From the NCBI GenBank assembly GCA_045863395.1, contig BTVJ01000015.1, positions 71,663 through 135,662 of the forward strand: a DNA stretch of 64,000 bases. The letters run 5' to 3'. The notes beneath the pieces are model-generated. The model did not search any database, had not been told where the DNA came from, and was given only the letters and a program-made list of their open reading frames with translations. This DNA comes from Myxococcales bacterium. Its GTDB lineage: Bacteria; Myxococcota_A; UBA9042; JABWCM01; BTVJ01. Position 1 is the stretch's first letter. The number at the start of each line of letters is the position of its first letter. Shown here one piece after another: positions 61,008-64,000 of this stretch. Both the position numbers and the translations under genes were made by a program.

Positions 61008-61424
61008 ATGCCATGCGACTGCCCGAGCAGTGGAGCCCCGAGGGTCCGGGAAGACGCTCGCCCCGGCGAGCTGTGCCCCTGGACCCGCCTGCAAGGCTCG
61101 ACAGGGACCACCGTCGTCACCCAGCCGTCGGCCGAGTGGGTCGACGCCAAGGACTTCATCGGCGCCCTCGTCGGCATCGACGTCCGCGACTACAGCAGCG
61201 ACGTCCGCATCTACGTCCAGACCTCGAATACCCTGGACGACGCCTCCTTCGTCGACTTGATCAACCACCGCCCCACGGTGGCAGGCAGGAAGTACTTCAA
61301 GCTCCTCCCGACAGACACGACGCCGCTCCTCCGCTACGTCCGCTGGAAGGCCGGCAACGCCACCGCGGCCTGGAGGGCCCAGTTCCGCATCGTCGCCAAC
61401 TTCAAGAGCCGTGATGGGCGGTAG
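61008..61424 (+). CDS. Small beta-rich protein, paralog type B2 (N-terminal CxC)
   Basis: GAGGAGG RBS; MPCDCP..PGELCPW..TPLLRYVRWK. Confidence 0.88.
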   Translation: MPCDCPSSGAPRVREDARPGELCPWTRLQGSTGTTVVTQPSAEWVDAKDFIGALVGIDVRDYSSDVRIYVQTSNTLDDASFVDLINHRPTVAGRKYFKLLPTDTTPLLRYVRWKAGNATAAWRAQFRIVANFKSRDGR

Positions 61425-61698
61425 GGAGCTGGGGATTGGTCATCGTTTCGGCCACTCCACACGAACACTGCTCAGGCCGCGCCCTGAAGAAGGGACAGTC
61501 GACCGTTGGCGGGATTGTGCGCTCATCCCCCAGCAGCTCGCGGCCTTGCATCGCAGCTCGCCGAGACTTTGAGCATAGCCCATGCAGGCAGCAGTGGAAC
61601 GAGACATCGAGTGCGCGGAGAGTCCGACGCATCTACAGAGCCGGTCACGCCGCGATTACGTCAATTCGCGCCTTCTGCCCAAGCTGCTTGAGTGAGTC

Positions 61699-62109
61699 AT
61701 GACGCGGCACCCGACGACTATCGAGCCCTTGAGTGCCGACGGCCACGGGCTCGGCAAACCTCCAGAGAACGAGCCTCGGGAAGATTCGCCGAATTTGGTG
61801 GACGGGTCCACGCAGGGAGTCCAGCTTCATAGACAACCCCTGGGCATTGACGTTGCCGACGTTCAAGACAGCGCGCAAGATCCACCGTACCCAACGCCTA
61901 CGTTCGCCGATCTCCTTGGGACCGGTGCCTTGGCAATGGTGCTGAGACAGGCACGGCAGGGACAGTTTGATCACATGCTCACTCCATCCGTGTTGGAGCG
62001 TCTGGAACGATCTGGAGCCGCCAAGCATGGCCAAGTACGTTGGGAGTTCGCCAACTCGGACGATGCCCTGGCGATGCTGGCATGGCTCACCGATAGATTC
62101 GAGGCCTGA
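61699..62109 (+). CDS. Hypothetical protein (lower GC)
   Basis: 136-aa ORF ending 2 nt before the next ATG; no recognised motif. Confidence 0.4.
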   Translation: MTRHPTTIEPLSADGHGLGKPPENEPREDSPNLVDGSTQGVQLHRQPLGIDVADVQDSAQDPPYPTPTFADLLGTGALAMVLRQARQGQFDHMLTPSVLERLERSGAAKHGQVRWEFANSDDALAMLAWLTDRFEA

Positions 62110-62111
62110 CC

Positions 62112-63116
62112 ATGAGTCCATGTGAGAAGTTCGTGCTGTCCGGTGGGTTCACCAAGGCTTCGAATCTTGGTCTGTTCCTGGATTGCATACTGTTCTCCAT
62201 GGGCAAAGGAGCCACATCCAGCGGACCAGGAGCCCTGATTGGCGCGGTGTTCTTCTTCATCATCGTACACCATGCTTACAAGCAGGCCCCTGCGGTTTGG
62301 ATGTGGGACGATAACAAGGCGCCGCAGGTGCCGGGGAAGTTTCTGGCGACACAAGTGCTTGCGGATCCCAAGCCCTATCTCGCTTGGGCAAAGAAGCGCG
62401 GAGTTTTGCATACTTGGATAGACCCGATCAGCGCAATAGTCAGTCCGACACCCAAAGCAGTTGCAGACCTCTCGAACTTTTTGACTCTTTCCAGGAAGCA
62501 GGGCCTGACGACGCAGTTTCTGTTTGCCTCTACAGGCAGTTCGGACCCAGCGGGCACAGGTTCCAACGAACTCGACGCCATTTTCGGCTTGCTCAAGCAG
62601 ATCGACAAGAAATTTTGGCCATCGGCCGTTCAGACAAACATTGAGGGCTTGGGTGGTGGCGTTGATGCGACCAAACAATACAATGCCCACAAGGCGTTCA
62701 AGGCAAAGGTCGACTCGTTCAACTTGAAGAACGGCACCCAGCTTGGACTTGCGGCGTCCGTAGGCTTCTGGTGGCTCAAGTTCGAAGCTGGCGGCGACCC
62801 ACCGAAGGTCGGCGGAAAGGACTACGGTCTTGCGTTGTTGGAACTCGGCTTCGACGTCACAGTCCAAGTCTATCGCAAACCGGAGTGGACCATCAAGCCC
62901 GCGGAGAAATGGTCTGATGTTGCAGGGGATTTCGGCCGCCAGGCGTGGATTGGTCTGTTGGTGGGGCCCAAGGAGACCGGGTCGTACGACTATTCGGACA
63001 AAATCGAGGCGCTCGGCGGAGCATTCGCGGACGTAGTCGACGCGTGTATCAACAAGCCTGGTTTTGCAGGAGTGGCCGCCCACGACACATATTACTGGCA
63101 AAAGGCCGCCCCATGA
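62112..63116 (+). CDS. Putative TIM-barrel glycoside-hydrolase-like protein (lower GC)
   Basis: AVWMW, KKRGV, TNIEG, VGFWW, VQVYR, WIGL, FAGVAAHDTYYW pattern; start uncertain. Confidence 0.55.
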   Translation: MSPCEKFVLSGGFTKASNLGLFLDCILFSMGKGATSSGPGALIGAVFFFIIVHHAYKQAPAVWMWDDNKAPQVPGKFLATQVLADPKPYLAWAKKRGVLHTWIDPISAIVSPTPKAVADLSNFLTLSRKQGLTTQFLFASTGSSDPAGTGSNELDAIFGLLKQIDKKFWPSAVQTNIEGLGGGVDATKQYNAHKAFKAKVDSFNLKNGTQLGLAASVGFWWLKFEAGGDPPKVGGKDYGLALLELGFDVTVQVYRKPEWTIKPAEKWSDVAGDFGRQAWIGLLVGPKETGSYDYSDKIEALGGAFADVVDACINKPGFAGVAAHDTYYWQKAAP

Positions 63117-63151
63117 GACGTAGGCTCTATCCACACCGGGGAGGCACCACC

Positions 63152-63799
63152 ATGCTGAAGGATTACCGGGAGCAACCGTGTGGCGCGAGACTTGGTGCCT
63201 CGCTTCTTGTGCTCATTCTCACTGCTTGCTCGGCCAGTCAAACGTCCCCCGCCGCGGCTGGAGCAAGCTTGGATATTGTGGACGCGGACTCTCCAGACAA
63301 TGAAGACATCGCCTCGTCGGACGCGGCCGAAGTCATCTCGGACGTAGGCTCCATCGACGACAGCCCCGTTGCACCTTGCGGCGCCGATGAGTGCATCGGA
63401 TCGTGCCGCGGGTGCCCCGCCGGGGAGGCGTGCTCCCCAACCGGCCGGTGCGATCCGCAATGTGCGCCCTTCTGTAGCGACCGAGCGTGTGGCTCCGACG
63501 GTTGTGGCGGCGAGTGTGGCAAGTGTGGGTCTGGAGAGACGTGCACCCCGTCCGGCCGGTGCGAACCGGAGTGCACTCCGTCCTGCAATGGCGAGACTTG
63601 TCGGTCCGACGGTTGCGGCGGCGAGTGTCAATGCCCAGCCGGCTGGGCCTGCAATGCAAATGGAGTTTGTGCGCTGTGGTGCTGGCCGACATGCAATGAC
63701 AAGGAGTGCGGATACAACGGATGCGGGATTGAGTGCGGATTGTGCGACGAGGGGGAGGTCTGCACCGAAGCTGGGATGTGCGAGCCGGAGGTGCCGTGA
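63152..63799 (+). CDS. Cys-rich repeat lipoprotein (C.P.C....CG.DGCGG.C repeats), possibly truncated
   Basis: GGAGG RBS; lipobox LTAC; three full repeats; the repeat continues past the TGA. Confidence 0.8.
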   Translation: MLKDYREQPCGARLGASLLVLILTACSASQTSPAAAGASLDIVDADSPDNEDIASSDAAEVISDVGSIDDSPVAPCGADECIGSCRGCPAGEACSPTGRCDPQCAPFCSDRACGSDGCGGECGKCGSGETCTPSGRCEPECTPSCNGETCRSDGCGGECQCPAGWACNANGVCALWCWPTCNDKECGYNGCGIECGLCDEGEVCTEAGMCEPEVP

Positions 63800-64000
63800 G
63801 AACTCTTGTGCTCCGACGTAGAGTGCGAATCCGAAAGCTGCGATGGATCGTACTCGTCCGAGCTTCACCGACGGGCGGACGTCTGCCGCCGTGCTACAGT
63901 GAGCGCGGAGGCGTGCATGCTGCAGGTACGATGGTGGCGGGGTCGCTGGTCGGCGGTTCGCGGGGCGCGGGAGGGTCAGCCGGGGGGCTGCCAGTTCATG

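Noticed and set aside
59443..61424. Locus-wide TAG reassignment
   Set aside because: TAG ends paralog A1 at the same position where A2 ends with TGA, and several core genes end in TAG.
56422..64000. Prophage or integrative element call for the accessory region
   Set aside because: No integrase, terminase, capsid, transposase, tRNA or att repeat was recognised within the window.

Overview
High-GC (roughly 70%) bacterial chromosomal window, most likely Myxococcota. Supporting signs are a MYXO-CTERM tail, Cys-rich CDDGDPCT and CxxxCGxDGCGG lipoproteins, Ser/Thr kinases and an FHA-GAF sigma54 activator. Positions 1-56.4 kb hold core and envelope genes: HEAT-repeat proteins, a TPR-retropepsin, a diguanylate cyclase, cheD-HDOD, sdhCAB with a DegP-like protease, ihfB, an SDF symporter, a desaturase, an RTX lipoprotein module, rarA with DUF2400, and a kinase/TPR/sigma54-EBP cluster. 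From about 56.4 kb the window looks accessory. It carries an orphan DUF433 gene, two divergent GT2 glycosyltransferases around an A11-containing promoter region (one GT broken by two in-frame TAGs), an A-B-A-B array of four paralogous small beta-rich proteins lacking signal peptides (B types start with CxC), and a lower-GC tail. That GT plus paralog array is the best candidate for an undescribed system, possibly a glycosylated protein fibre or coat. No tRNA, rRNA, CRISPR array or transposase was recognised. All calls are by-eye motif recognition; no database searches were run.
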